NCBI GenBank assembly: GCA_951406725.2
Contig: OX597830.1
Coordinates: 54,002,001 to 54,066,000, forward strand
DNA from: Octopus vulgaris
Taxonomy: Eukaryota
Length of the DNA stretch: 64,000 bases
Direction of reading: 5' to 3'
Part shown: positions 12,546-26,577 of the stretch, one piece after another
How positions within the stretch are numbered: position 1 is the stretch's first letter
Layout: each line of letters begins with the position of its first letter
Program-made: the position numbers and the translations under genes
Notes under the pieces: model-generated
Seen by the model: the letters and a program-made list of their open reading frames with translations, nothing else
Told to the model about the DNA's origin: nothing
Databases searched by the model: none

Positions 12546-12975
12546 ACAGGATGACTGAAAAGTAACTACCTATTTTAAAATACTTATAAATTATTTATTA
12601 ATTGTAATTTTTTTCTCAAATTTTTTCTTTTTCTTTTTTTTTTTTGAAGTATGAGAATTTAATCTGTAATCGTATTGCTCTTGTCGTCCGTGAATGTCTG
12701 AATGCCGATTTCCGCCTGGAGATGGATGGATCGTTGTTGTCCGCATAGATGGACAGCCAGGAGTCCCAACATACCCTGCGACTTCTTTCTTTGGGGCTGG
12801 TTCAAAGAACAAGTCTACTGCACCAAACCAAAGACTTGGGAAGAACTTAAAGGGCCAATACAAGAAGCTATGTCTTCTTCCATCTCATGAGACTTTCTAG
12901 TTAAATCAGTTGACGCAATTCCTGGGCGACTCAAGAAGCTGATGGCGACATCTGGAACCCATATCGAATTTTAAA
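12546..12975 (+). mobile_element. Tc1/mariner-superfamily transposase fragment
   Basis: WTARSP..PCDFFLWGWFKEQVY. TIR-like TAcaggatgactgaaaagtaact at the left end. Confidence 0.65.
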
Positions 12976-13013
12976 TAAAACCCCATACTAAAAGCTTTCT
13001 CTCATATCCATCC

Positions 13014-13510
13014 TTTGCCTTTCATCCTTTCGGGGTTGATAAATTAAGTACCAGTTACGCACTGGGGTCGATATAATCGACTTAATCCGTTTGTCTGTCC
13101 TTGTTTGTCCTCTCTGTGTTTAGTCCCTTGTGGGTAGTAAAGAAATAGGTATTTCGTCTGCCGTTACGTTCTGAGTTCAAATTCCGCCGAGGTCGACTTT
13201 GCCTTTCATCCTTTCGGGGTCGATAAATTAAGTACCAATTACGCACTGGGGTCGATGTAATCGACTTAATATGTTTGTCTGTCCTTGTTTGTCCTCTCTG
13301 TGTTTAGCCCCTTGTAGGTAGTAAAGAAATAGGTATTTCGTCTGCCGTTACGTTCTGAGTTCAAATTCCGCCGAGGTCGACTTTGCCTTTCATCCTTTCG
13401 GGGTCGATAAATTAAGCACCAATTACACACTGGGGTCGATGTAATCGACTTAATACGTTTGTCTGTCTTTATTTGTCCCCTCTATGTTTAGCTCCTAAAG
13501 AAATAAGAAA
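13014..13510 (+). repeat. Tandem array of a 184-bp SINE A-derived unit (about 2.7 copies)
   Basis: gcctttcatcctttcgggg starts at 13017, 13201 and 13385. Units nearly identical. Confidence 0.9.
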
Positions 13511-13894
13511 TGGTAAATGACTTCGGCACAAAATAAATAACTTTAAATTGGTTAAAATAATATTCTCGAGCCGTTTATATGACTGGAAATATAATTTCGA
13601 AGTGTTCATGGTAAGGATCTGATCAAAGACAATTAAAAAAGTGAAAATCTTTTCAAATATAAATAAAGTGTAAGTATGCAAAAATAAACATTATTTTCCA
13701 TCTTTGTGTTAGTTTTGTTTTATTTGAAAAAAAATTATAGTTTATTATTGTTTATATTTTGAATATATATGAGGGCTTCTTAGGGCCTCTATGGGTCTTA
13801 ATCTGGCTCTGCTTCAGGGTTTTATTGGAAAGGTCCAGTATAAAGGCTTCGGCTTCAAATTATAATTGTCTTAAACTTCACTCCTAATTATCAA

Positions 13895-14754
13895 AAAGTG
13901 GTATCAGAAAGTTCCCGGACTAGTTATGTTTTAACATCATCTCCTTCGAAATAGTCACCTTGCGCAGCACTACACCGGTCCCAGCGTTTCTGCCACTTTT
14001 GGAATCCAGCCTGGAAGCCGTTTTCCGTAAGTAAGTCGAGAACCTTCTGCGATTCGCTCCGGATCTCGACAACGGTGACCTTTGAACTGCATTTTCATCT
14101 TGGGGAACAGATGTAAGTCCGCAGGTGCTAAATCTGGCGAATAGGGCGAGTGCGTAAGCAATACCATGTTGTTGTTTTTGGCGAAAATCTCAAAGGTGAG
14201 GAGAGCTCTGTGACAAGATGCATTGTCGTCGTGAAGAATCCAATTCTTCGCGCTCCGCAGATCATGTCGCAATCGCCAAATGTTCTGCCTCAAATATTTC
14301 AAAGCATCGCTGTAGAACTCTCGATCGACAGTCTGACTTTGGAGGATGAATTCTCGATGCAGAACACCACGCACATCGAAAGAAAAAAAAACGAATTAGT
14401 ATGCTCTTAATCGAGTTGCGACTGTCATGCGCCAGTGTCACTCGAAACATTGCGTACGATCCGTTGCTTGTCGAAGAATACTCAATATTTTTGTAACAGA
14501 CTTCTCAAGTTTAACGCAAAATTTCACATTGGTTCTTTGATCAACCTTCCTTTCCATGAGAAAAATCGCAAACTACAGCATACACGTGATCACAAAAACA
14601 CAAATTTCACAACTTGCGAAGTAAACACAGCAATGTCACTCGGCACACTGCTATATGAAGGTCTCTGCAAGCACTCACTGCGCACGCAACCGTGTGCTGT
14701 CATCTGTTGGCGCGCTACAGAGCTAGTTCGGGAATGTTTTGATACCACCTTGTA
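13895..14754 (-). mobile_element. Internally deleted mariner retaining both TIRs
   Basis: LHDDNASCH and HSPYSPDLAPADLHLFPKMK. TIRs gtggtatcagaaagttcccggactag and ctagttcgggaatgttttgataccac. Confidence 0.9.
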
Positions 14755-14989
14755 GATATAAGATACAGAATATTTTGAGTTATACAATAGTTATTCCGAG
14801 TTTTAAAGAGACAAAAGTTCTCGAGCGAGAGAAATAGAAAAAGAGAAATGATGCTTAAATTCAACTTACCAAAAAAAAAAAGGGTGTTATTACTAATAAT
14901 ATTGTAATAAAATCCCTTTGAATAATAAAATTTCAGTATTGGGAGTACTTCTTAAATAATTCTATAGATATATATGAATAAACATATAC

Positions 14990-17180
14990 AGCACTTATCA
15001 GGAGTATCAAGTATAGGTCAGGAATATAAAAAGCCAACAATCACTCGCGAACGAGTATATCTTGGTACAATGTATAATATATATGTTTCTATTGTATAAA
15101 AATGTTGGTTCTAGAGTATCAGTTTGTAAAAAAATAAGTCGAGGAGTATCAGTCTGTAAAAATAGATTATCGATATATGCGATATATACTAATACAGGTG
15201 AAGACGTGTCAATATATAAGAATATAGGCTAGGAGTGTCGATATTAAGGTATATAGATCAAGGGTATCGAGGTATAAGAAAATAGGTCGGGTGTATCGAT
15301 ATATATGAAACGAAATCAGGAGTAAACACATATTAAATGGATCAGGAGTGTTGATATATATGAACTGATGTCGGGAGTATCGATAGATAAGAATAAAGGC
15401 CAGATATTTTGATATGTAAGAATATTGAGCAGGAGTGTCGGTATGTAAGATATAGGTCAAAGAGGATTGCTAGATAAAAAATTATAGGCCAAAGAGTATT
15501 GCTGTATAAAATTGTTATTTGTTATAAGACCTACACGCGAAGGAATAATGCTATGTAAAAAATATTGGCAATGGTTATCGGTACGAAAAACGATACGGCA
15601 AGAAGTGTCAGTATATAAAATCCAGAGACCAAGGAGTATTGGTAGATAGTAATATAGACGAAATCCCATATAAGAATGTAAAATATATAGGACAAAGAGT
15701 AACACTATATATAAATTATTGGCCAAGAAGAATCGGTCTTAAAAATAGGTCAAGAAGAAGATGTATGTAAAAATATGAGTCAAAGAAATTCAGTCTAAAA
15801 ACTATAGTCCAAGGAGTATCACTATATAATACCTGTAAGCCAAACAGCATCGTTATGTAAGAACAAAAGGTCAAAGAGTATTGATATGTATAATATAGGC
15901 CAAAATTATCAGTTACGTGTTTTGATATATAAGAATATAAGTTAGAGCTATCGATAAATCAGAATATAGGCCAGGAATATCGATATATAATTATCTCTCT
16001 ATATATAAACGGCAGTTTGTCTGTGCGTGTTTCTGTGTGTCTGTTTGCTTGTACCCTCACCCTGACCACGGCTTTCAACCGATTCTGATGAAACTTGACA
16101 CACACATAGCCCACTGTCATAATTCAAAACTAACGCAGCGAAAATTTTGAAAACTTCCCCCAGTTCTGATAAAAATCGATAAATTCGACATGGGGTTGAG
16201 AATCAGAAACACGAACCACAAACTGTCTAGGGGACGCAACTCCACCTTTTTTAAATCTCAAAAAAAAATTTACCATCATTTTTTTCCATTTTTTTGCTAT
16301 TTTTGGGCTATAACTCTCTAAAAATGCTTTATAGTTATTTCTCTTACAAACCTGAGCAACGCCGGGCGATACTGCTAGTATGGAATAATAGTATCGATAC
16401 ATAACATTATAAAGCAAAAATAATGATATAGAAATATATAGACCAGGAGCACCGGTATGCATAAAGTATGTCAAAGCGTATTGATATGTAAATTAAGGTC
16501 AAGGAATATCTGTCTATAAAAATACGGATCACAGAGTATCACTATGTAAATGCAATAAGCCATGGAACAGCGGTGTATAAAATCTATAGGTCAAGTATTA
16601 TTATTGCATAGCATCTGGAGAACAACGAAAACTGATTAGTAAAATATTGGTCAAGGAGTATCAGTAGTTAAAATATAGGTCAGTGTGTCGATCCTTAAAA
16701 TATATAGGTCACAAGCTATTGGTTTGTATAAAAATGTACCTCAAAGATATCAAACTATACGCCAAAGAATGTTGGCATACGCCTAAGAGCAATGCAATAA
16801 AATTGTTAGGCCAATGAGTATTTGCCTAACGATGTTAGACAAAGTATCAACGCTACTTAAAAGCTATATCCCAAGGAGTATAACTATAGAAACTATAAAC
16901 CAAGTAGTATTGCTATATAAAAAAAATATAGGCCAACGATTATCAGTGTATAAAATTTAGTTAAAGGTGGCGAGCTGACAGAATCTTTGTGAGCCGAGCA
17001 AAATGTTTAGCAGCATTTCGTCGGTCTGTACGCTCAAATTCCGAAAAGGTGGACTTTGTCTTTCATCCTTTTGAGATAGATCCCCGGAATTTGCTGTTCT
17101 TGTGCCAAAATTTGAAACTAATATGTAAATTATAGGTCAAGGTGTAATTGTATGTAAAATATAGGTGAATGAATATCGGT
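14990..17180. repeat. Old degenerate minisatellite (about 29-30 bp, consensus near TATAGGTCAAGGAGTATCGATATATAAAA), interrupted by later insertions
   Basis: Recurrent ataggtca/ataggcca...gagtatc motifs at about 30-bp spacing over 2 kb. Confidence 0.7.
15994..16378 (+). mobile_element. Non-autonomous Helitron
   Basis: Starts A|TC-tctctatatataaa and ends with hairpin cctgagcaacgccggg then CTAG|T. A similar 3' end occurs at about 59340-59370. Confidence 0.75.
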
Positions 17181-17421
17181 ATGTGTGGTTAGAAGTTTGC
17201 TTCTCAACAATATAGTTCCAAATTTAGTTCTTATTTCTTTATTGCCCATAAGGGGCTAAACATAGAGGGGACAAACACCTTGAGCTTCTATTTTAAACAC
17301 ATTGTTCTTAATGCTATTCTCCATCATGATATCTAAAGTCATCAATAAGAAGAATCAAGGGAGAATGACACTAAAACCTAATGACAAACTGGATGTATTT
17401 TTTAAAAAAAATAGAATGGGG

Positions 17422-17750
17422 GGATCTTTTCACTTTGACTGGCAGATTTTTAAAATAATTTCTATGTAACTAAAAAATTTTAAACTTCGTATACTGGTAG
17501 AATGTGTTTATAAAACGCCAGAAAATGTTACGGCAGAAATCGTTTTCACCTCAATAGACGTCATTGATTGGTTGAAATTGCCGAAATGCAAGAAATTAAA
17601 CAACAAATATGTTACAAACTACAGAATTTTCTCAAGAAAGTCAAGAGAAAAAGATGTTTTATAAACACATTCTACCAGTATACGAAGTTTAAAATTTTTT
17701 AGTTACATAGAAATTATTTTAAAAATCTGCCGGTCAAAGTGAAAAGATCC
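17422..17750. mobile_element. MITE with about 95-bp TIRs and an 8-bp TSD (Merlin-like)
   Basis: TIR GGATCTTTTCACTTTGAC... nearly perfect. TSD GAATGGGG at 17414-17421 and 17751-17758. Confidence 0.85.
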
Positions 17751-18924
17751 GAATGGGGTATAGCAAAAGTTTATTAATGAAAGAAAGCAACAGCGTATTG
17801 AATATTTTACATGGCGTTAAGAACTTGCAACAAAAGATTTGAGATTTTGTTGCATGTTCACAACATAACTATAAAATAGCAAACAATAAAAACACCCATA
17901 AAGCAACGTGTAAAAATTTAAATAAAATATTTGACGACAGCTGATAGTTTCATGTATAATAAATAACAATTGGCGGTTCTTACATGTGCAGATGTATCGG
18001 CACCGCAGGGAATAAAGACTTAAGTGCCTGGAAGGTTTTTATTATTAAGAAGAGGATTATAAAGAAGAGATTTAAGAGGATAATGTATTTACCAGTCTGA
18101 TCAAGCACATTTTCCCAAAACTGGTTTACTTACGAAACTGTACCAGTAATTCTTTTGAAATTGCCTGAGTAAATTTGCATGTTTGTTATTGTTACACATT
18201 CATATGTATGTGTTTGCGTATGCCAAACCACATCCCCACTCTTGGCACTATTTGTTAATGAACAGTACAAACTGTGTGTAAAGTATATAATGTATTACTA
18301 CGCTGTAATGTAGTCGTCCGTGTATCATGAATAGCCAATAAACACGTAACAATAACAATGGTTTTCATTTGGTTGTCTTTCCCATTAGAACCCAAACTAC
18401 ACACATAACAGTTATTTATAGAATTTCTATATTTAGAGATGGAGACGACTTCATAACGGACTCTTAGACGAGTCCTTAAACACCTGGTTTTGTTAACCTG
18501 TCACATAGACCTCTCTACATCTACTATAATATCTACTTGTTACCCACATGACAAACAAGGATAATTCTTAGAAATTCTCGTGTCGAGATCCATTGTTGTT
18601 GTTATTGGTGTTGGGTTGTTGTGGTAGTAACGTGGTTGTAGTCGAGGTGGTACCGTTGTTTATATGGTGCTATTGTTTCTGTTATCTCTCACAGAAACAA
18701 TAATCTGAAAGAACAGATCAATCCTTAAAGGATATCTAACCGAGACAATTCTGCCTGTGTTTCAAGCTACGGAACATTTGTCATATATACGCTATATGTA
18801 TGCACAAGACACAACGAGTATACGCAGTGAAATATGTATGTATATAGTGACACAATAGCTTCAATGACAATATATGTAAGTAAAATAACACTACATGTTG
18901 ATACAATGACAGTTTATGTATAAA

Positions 18925-19094
18925 GGCGTAGGAGTGGCTGTGTGGTAAGTAGCTTAGCTTGCTTACGAACCACATGGTTCCGGGTTCAGTCCCACTGCGT
19001 GGGACCATGGGCAAGTGTCTTCTACTATAGCCTCGGACCGACCAAAGCCTTGTGAGTGGATTTATTAGACGGAAACTGAAAGAAGCCCGTCGCA

Positions 19095-19188
<94 letters not shown>

Positions 19189-19407
19189 CGTGCGTGCGTG
19201 TATATGTTTGTGTGTCTGTTTGTCCTCCCAACATCGCTTGACATCCGATGCCGGTGTGTTTACATCCCCGTAACTTAGCGGTTCAGCAAAAGAGATCGAT
19301 AGAATAAGTACTAGGCTTACAAAGAATAAGTCCTGGGATCGATTTGCTCGACTAAAGGCTGTGCTCCAGCATGGCCACAGTCAAATGACTGAAACAAGTA
19401 AAAGAGT
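18925..19407 (+). mobile_element. Full-length SINE family B (tRNA-like head, CORE-like tgggcaagt segment, internal (TA)n(TG)n)
   Basis: A box tggctgtgtgg, B box ggttcagtccc. About nine related copies in the window. Confidence 0.9.
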
Positions 19408-19833
19408 ATACCATACAATGATATTACACCAAGTGCATTTCAGATTTGAGACTTTTTGAGAGAGACATAACTGTCATAGATTGCTGTAATCTTAGTATAT
19501 TATTTCTATGCATCTAATCAACTGACCTGCTAACTTTTGTTCTTCCACATTAAAGGAGACGGCTATAATAGCACTTTGCACACGCTTACACTGTTCGTCA
19601 CAGCTGACTAGTTTACAAAATGTTGTCGGGGCGTGAAGACAATTCGGAAGCTGCCGATTCAATAACGTTTCAAACTGGGCAAAAACGCTCCAGAAACTTT
19701 ATATCAACCAACCTTCTTCTCACTGGTCAACAGCAATAAACAACCGTCTGTTAAACATCCATTAATGTCATAAGCCTGAAGAAATGAATCCAGAAGGATG
19801 ACCCACCCGGTGCCCACAGATACTACGGGTCAT

Positions 19834-19902
<69 letters not shown>

Positions 19903-19905
<3 letters not shown>

Positions 19906-20865
19906 ATACGAAAGCCAGATTGACTTTCTGGAAGAACACAATCTGCAACGTGTTTCAGCAGACGATCCAGAAGTACCCTGTATAAAACCTTTTCTATGAC
20001 AGAAAGCAATGATATCCACCCTATAGTTACCACAATCATTCCTGTTGCTCTTTCCCTTATATAAGACTACGATTACTACATCTCTCCAGTCCTCAGGTAC
20101 AGATTCACTAGTCCATATCCTGCCAAACAAGGAGTGAAGTTGTTGTAGAAGTTTCTCATCGCTATGCTGTAACAACTCCGCATGTATACCATCCATACCA
20201 AAAGACCTCCCATTATTCATCCTTGAGACAGCCACCGCAACTTCTTCCAACATAGGTGGTTCCGCGAGAGCCGTCTTCACAGGTAACCCAGGGATGGAAT
20301 TGAGAATATCCTCATTAACTACAGACTGCTGATTCGAAAGTTCATCAAATTGTTCTCGCCACCTTCGCAGAATTCCTTGTGAATCACGAAGAAGTTCTTT
20401 ACCATCCCTGCTTCGACGTGGTGTCATCAGAGAAGAAGTCGGTCCATAAACTTCTCGCAAGAGACCATACAACAGCTTTGTGTTATTGGAATCCGACACC
20501 GCCTGTATCTCATCAGCCTTCTTACTCCACCACGTATCCCTCATCTGAGAGAGCCTCCGCCTCACACGTGATTTCACATCCTTGACTTCCCTATGTAACA
20601 CATCTCTCTCCTGTGGCTTTGCTGACAAATAGCGTGACAAAGTACGTCTTTTATTAGCCAATAAATCATCTACATGTTCATCATTTTCTTTAAACCAATC
20701 TTGATGCTTTCTTAGAACCAATCCCAGAACTTTCCTGCCTATATCATAAACTCACTTTTTAAGGGTTGACCAATCCTCCCCAATATCTGCGACATTCATT
20801 TCCTCTCGTAAAGTTCTCTTCACACTATATTATACCTAAGATGAGTAACATTCAGTCTTTTAGGG
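19903..20865 (-). mobile_element. RTE-clade LINE fragment (linker and start of reverse transcriptase)
   Basis: RKHQDWFKEND, GMDGIHAELL, VPEDWRD, LYKGKSNRNDCGNYR, ISLLS, LPESQSGFR. One frameshift. Confidence 0.9.
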
Positions 20866-21296
20866 AGTGTAATAATAGATTAAAAATTAACTTTATTTAT
20901 GATAATTTTGAAAAATAGAAGAAGTATAAAAAATGCATTATTTATGGGATGACCCAGTATATATTACGCATACAGACATGAATACATATACACATACATT
21001 CACGCAAACGCCCAAACACAGGCACGAGAGCACATGAAACCGGTCTCAAAGACAAGTACCCGACAGCGATGCCTGAGCCGGACTGACTAATAATTACTTG
21101 TCATCTTTTTTTCTTTTCTTGGTGATTTGGGCTTAACTTGAGACTGCTTTAATCTTCTTGCTGTTAGCTTTGTTCCTCTATGGGGGTTAATGCGTGAAGA
21201 TTTACAAGCGCATAGGGTGATGGGCAAGGATGTAGCGCACCGAGCGTTATGTGTGTATGTGTGTGTGTGTATGTGTATATATGTGTGTGTGTGTGC

Positions 21297-21365
<69 letters not shown>

Positions 21366-21476
21366 TGTGTACGTGTGTGCGTGTGCGCACACATGCACAC
21401 ACACAGACACACTGAGTCAAAGTCTAGATACACTTATGAAAATTAGGGTTTTGTTTTATGTTGTAATTGATTACGT

Positions 21477-21539
<63 letters not shown>

Positions 21540-21883
21540 TGTATGTATGTATGTTTGCATATATGTATGTTTGTATGTATGTATGTCTTTGTGTATGACA
21601 ACTAGTGTTGGTTCATTTACGTCGCTGTAACTTAGCGGATTGGCAAACCAGATTTGATGGAATAAGAAAATGGTTACAAAAGATAAATGTAAGTATAAGG
21701 GTCGATTTGTGTGATTAAACTCTTCAAGGTGGTGCTCCAGCATGGCCGCAATTCAGTGAGAGAAACAAGTAAAAGATATACTCACACACACACATATATA
21801 TACACACATACACACACGTATGTTTGTGTATATGTATCGTTTATTGAAAGTGTCTATTTCGCGAATTGATTTTCCCGTCATCG

Positions 21884-21970
<87 letters not shown>

Positions 21971-22878
21971 TACATACACACACACAGACACACACACGCA
22001 CACACACACGCGCACTCACACACGCACTCACACACATACACACACACATCCCCACCCCCTTCACGCACACATTCACTTACGACGCACACAACCACACACA
22101 CACACACACGCGCACAGAGTCCCATTTTCAGCGCTTTGTCGATCAATTTCAGTTTCCTAAAGACGAATTCCTTCAGCACACCCTCTACTAACCTTCATTC
22201 CCCATCGTCTATTCTATCCTGTCTTTGAAGAAACGAATACAATAATCCAATAGAACTTAATGAGACAGACAGATTGATTCACCAGCTGACACACCAAAAT
22301 GACAATAGAATCTTTAACAATGAATGACATACCAATATTAAGTGATTCTAATACAGAAGTGGACTTCAAAATGTAAATAATTTACACACGGACATCGTCA
22401 TTGCAGTGATGTGCTCTGCGCATTTGATACACACTTCGTTGCATGAATTTATCTATCGACGGGGTGACGATGTTGATGATGTTAATGAAGATGATGATGA
22501 TAATAATGATGATGAGCAACCAGTCATTAGCATCACATCAGAAAATGTAAAAATTTTCATAAACTCATTCGTGGAAACTCCTATTGAATATTCTATCAAT
22601 CTATCGGCTGTTTCACTCTTTAGTGATGAAGTTTAACAAGGAGAGCATGTACCCAGTTGCTGCAATTCAGTTCATGGATTTTTCAGCAACTGTCCTCATT
22701 TTTATGAGTTCATTCTAAATTCCATTTTTATAATGTTGATTTCCGTGATTCAGGCATTTATGTAACGTCTACAAAGTATATTTGAGTGTATTTATGATGT
22801 TGGAGTTTCAGCTGTTTCCTTATATCCTCGGATTCTATGACATTGTGTATATAATGAGTAAAGTTCTCATACGATGCA

Positions 22879-22954
22879 TTCCGCTGATGAAGGCATCACG
22901 TGTTAATATATTTTTATGAACGCTTGATCGTTAGAAACACGACCGTGTCCGGAG
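22879..22954 (+). ncRNA. Type I hammerhead motif, base of stem II degraded
   Basis: ttccg-CTGATGA-...-GAAA-cacg-ac-cgtg-TC-cggag, followed by AATAAA. Confidence 0.55.
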
Positions 22955-24210
22955 AAAATAATATAAAACTTGTTTAATTTTTAGTTGTGTTGCATAACAC
23001 AGACACACACACACACACACATACACACAGACTCATCACACACATACACTACACGCATGTGGTTAATAACATCATTGATTTATATGGGTCAATTAAATAT
23101 ATTCCAATTTAAAAAAAAAAAACCAGCAATTACCTTGTATTTCGCCAATACAAGTCAGTATGATACAAACTACGAAAATATATAACTACCGATATATGTA
23201 CTATATATATGTGTACATGTATGTATGTATGTAAATATATATACCTGTGCGTGTATGTATGTATGTATATATAAACTTTAGGCTAATTCAAGCATGTTGG
23301 GGCATATTTCAACTTTTAATGGCAATTTCATTGTTGTTTACCACCGCGGAGAAAGATCCTCATTTATGATAAATGGCGTGACTACACCATTATCAGCTCA
23401 AAGCATTCTCCGTGAACCGCTAGATGAGCATTCCTGGCGCTTTCCGTCTTCAGTAGCGGATATCAAAAAGAGGCAACCCTGAGCTGACAGAAAACTTTAA
23501 CGTTTAAAATAAATCAATAAATACTAGTTACAGATTTGCGCTCGTAGACCGCCCGGTCTGATCAAGTATAGAAGTAGTATTGCAAAGCAGTGATAGAAAA
23601 TAAACAAATTTTAGATTAGTTCAAATAAATCTGGGACATATTTCAACTTCTAGAACCAAATTTACTGCACTTTCCATAAATGACACCTATTGAATCAGAA
23701 ACCCGTGTCTATGACTATTCCCTTGCCTCCAAACAATAAACCTTTCCTTTTTTTTTAATGGCATATCATCTTTGGAGGATTATTGATTCTTGAGGTTATC
23801 ATCCGTTCTCATAAAGATTTGTTGTCAAATGCGATTTGGTAACTGCGACACATCTTCCAGGGGGAGAGATAATTTTAATAAATCAAGAATTTACGTCGTG
23901 TGGTCATTGATATTCCTATATTTGCCTGTGTTGCTTACGTACTGGCATCTTTTAGTTATTGATTTTAGCTGACTTTTGTTTAATATATCTTTATGCGTTC
24001 TTCGCGTGTGTGTAAAGCACATACATATACATATATGTATGTTTATGTATGTAGATAGGTAGGTATTATATGTATGAATATATAGATAGATATACATACA
24101 TGTATATATATATATGTACTTATATCTATCTATCTATCAATCTAGCTGTCTATCTATCTGTCTCTGTCTCCTTCTCTCTCTATCTCCTTCTCTCTCTATC
24201 TCTCTCTCTC

Positions 24211-24280
<70 letters not shown>

Positions 24281-24282
<2 letters not shown>

Positions 24283-24512
24283 GGGGGCGCATGGCTTAGT
24301 TAGGGTGCTGCACTTATCACTGTAAGAGCATGGTTTCAATCCCTGAACCGGCTGATACGTTGTGTTCTTGAGCATAACTCTTCATTTCTTGTTGCTCCAG
24401 TCCAGCCAGCTGGCAAAAGTGAATAATACTGCGACAGCCTGGCGTCCCATCCAGTGGGGATTCTATACTCTACAGAATCCGGGAAACCGGCCATATGAGC
24501 CTCGCTCGGGAG
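24281..24512 (+). mobile_element. tRNA-derived SINE related to family D
   Basis: ggcgcatggcttagt...ggtttcaatccc head and ctggcgtcccatccag...gggaaaccggcc tail. Confidence 0.6.
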
Positions 24513-24688
24513 CGAACTTTGACCCTTATTTTGGACGTATGTATATGTGCAAAGTACTTTATTGTCAACATTTGACGATATCTGGTGTATGAAAAGTTTC
24601 AGACCAGTCTATGATCCTCTGTTCTTTGTATGAAAAATGCTTTATTTTATTTATTTATTTATTTATTTTGCGATATTCACGTTGACAA

Positions 24689-25135
24689 AGGCGGCGAACT
24701 GGCAGAAACGTTAGCACGCTGGGCGAAATGCTTAGCAGTATTTCGCCTGCTGCTGCATTCTGAGTTCAAATTCCGCCGAGGTCGACTTTGTCTTTCATCC
24801 TTTCGGGGTCGATAAATTAAGTACCAGTTACGCACTGGGGTCGATGTAATCGACTTAATCCCTTTGTATGTCCTTGTTTGTCCTCTCTTGTATGTCCTTG
24901 TTTGTCCTTGTTTGCCCTTGTGAGCAATAAAGAAATAAGAATAGTTAGTACGCCAGGCGAAATGCTTAGCGGTATTTCGTCTGTCTACGATATGAGTTCA
25001 AATTCCGCCGAGGTCAACTTTGCCTTTCATCGTTTCGGGATCGATAAATTAAGTACCAGTTGCGTACTGGGGTCAAGCTAATCGACTGGCCTCCTACCCC
25101 CAAATTTCCAGCATTATACCCTGAGTAGAAAAGGC
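24689..25135 (+). mobile_element. Two tandem SINE A copies with different 3' tails
   Basis: Body gagttcaaattccgccgaggtc occurs twice. The first ends in aataaagaaat, the second in agtagaaaagg. Confidence 0.85.
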
Positions 25136-26147
25136 TATTCGTGTTGACAGACATCATAAGTCTTTAGATCCAGAGAATGCATTCTGGCCAGGATTTCCTC
25201 TTCGTTTATGTTTCTTAAGGTGTTGGGAAAGGCATGAGTGTCACGCAGTCTCATTTCCTTATCCTTGAAATCGGTGAATGTTTTGCCTTAAACACTCGAG
25301 GCTTACTAAACATTTGCCATCTCTGTCAAGCTGTCGATTTATCAATTTGTTCTTCCATCCAACCAGCCAACCATCAAATCATTCAGCTATGCAACCATTT
25401 ATCTAACCATCCATCCATGTAGCCATTGATCGCCCTATCGCTCGAACGATTCACCCTCCCTATTTCTATCCATCTTCCACCTTTCCTCAGAGGGCTAAAT
25501 ACTACCATAAATATGAACAATTCTGGACGTACTGCACAGACAGACTGTACGGATAACTCCATGAACCAGTGACCGCAGAAGACAGTGTACTTTTAATGGC
25601 ATAAAATAGATATAAAGTACCAAATAACGAAATAACAGAACAACGGAATAACGGGACAATGGGATAACGGAAAAAAGGAATAACGGAACAACGGAATAAT
25701 GGAGCAACAAAATAACAGAATTACCAAATAACTAAATGAACTAAAGGACTAAAGAGTCAAAGGCATTAAAGAATGAAACCAAGTTATTGCGAAGAGATAG
25801 CTACTTACAATAAATCAACGTCATCATTAGAAGGGGCTGTACATATTCCAGGAGATACATCGTTATGGACAAATGTTGGAGGTCAAATTTTATTGGTACC
25901 TGATGCTCCAGCACTGTTGGATTGTAGCGCAATGCGCCTCTCTTTAAAACGGGGTGGAATGGGCTTTTCAAAGACAAATTAGAGAAGGGACAAAAGTACC
26001 TCCTTGTCGGTGATAGCTTGAACCTGTTTGAAAGAGAAAAAAGGCGGAGCGTGGTCCTTTCGGTGGGTCGACTTTGATGTCGTAGGTAAGGAAGGGTTTT
26101 TCGTTTTAATTATAGCTGTAAAGCCAGTGATATAGGGATAATACAAA

Positions 26148-26183
<36 letters not shown>

Positions 26184-26384
26184 TGACCACATATATTTAT
26201 ATCATTACACACGCACACGTACGCACGTATATACGTATGTGTGTACGTACATATATATGTATGCATGTATGTATCTATGTATGTGTGTGTGTGTGTATGT
26301 ATGTGTGAGTGTGTAAATATACTTGCATACCGAAACACAGACATATGCGTACATGCATACATGCATGCATGCATACGCGCGCGC

Positions 26385-26420
<36 letters not shown>

Positions 26421-26524
26421 TTTGATAGGTTTCGGCCAGTATTGGCCCTGGCCATGTCTAACTTAATAGCACCATATGTGTCTGTCTGTGTGTGTGTATT
26501 AAGCATATGTCTGTATATATGTAT

Positions 26525-26577
<53 letters not shown>

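Noticed and set aside
11547-12565. Long overlapping ORFs (YIYI, MYVC, HTHT), with similar ones at 21-22, 26, 31, 36 and 42 kb
   Set aside because: These are translations of di- and tetranucleotide microsatellites that lack stop codons, not genes.
14866-14945. Hydrophobic frame before a GTAAGT donor as signal-peptide exon of the EGF gene
   Set aside because: No in-frame ATG before an upstream stop, and the phase does not fit.
16084-16096. CTGATGAAAC in the Helitron, and CTGATGA at about 46666
   Set aside because: No stem II between the core halves. Part of ordinary repeat sequence.
18925-19000. tRNA-like A and B boxes as tRNA genes
   Set aside because: No full cloverleaf. They are heads of multi-copy SINEs.
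26030-26075. Minus-strand DPPKGPRSAFFLF resembling an HMG-box start
   Set aside because: The frame is bounded by nearby stops and the rest of an HMG box is missing.
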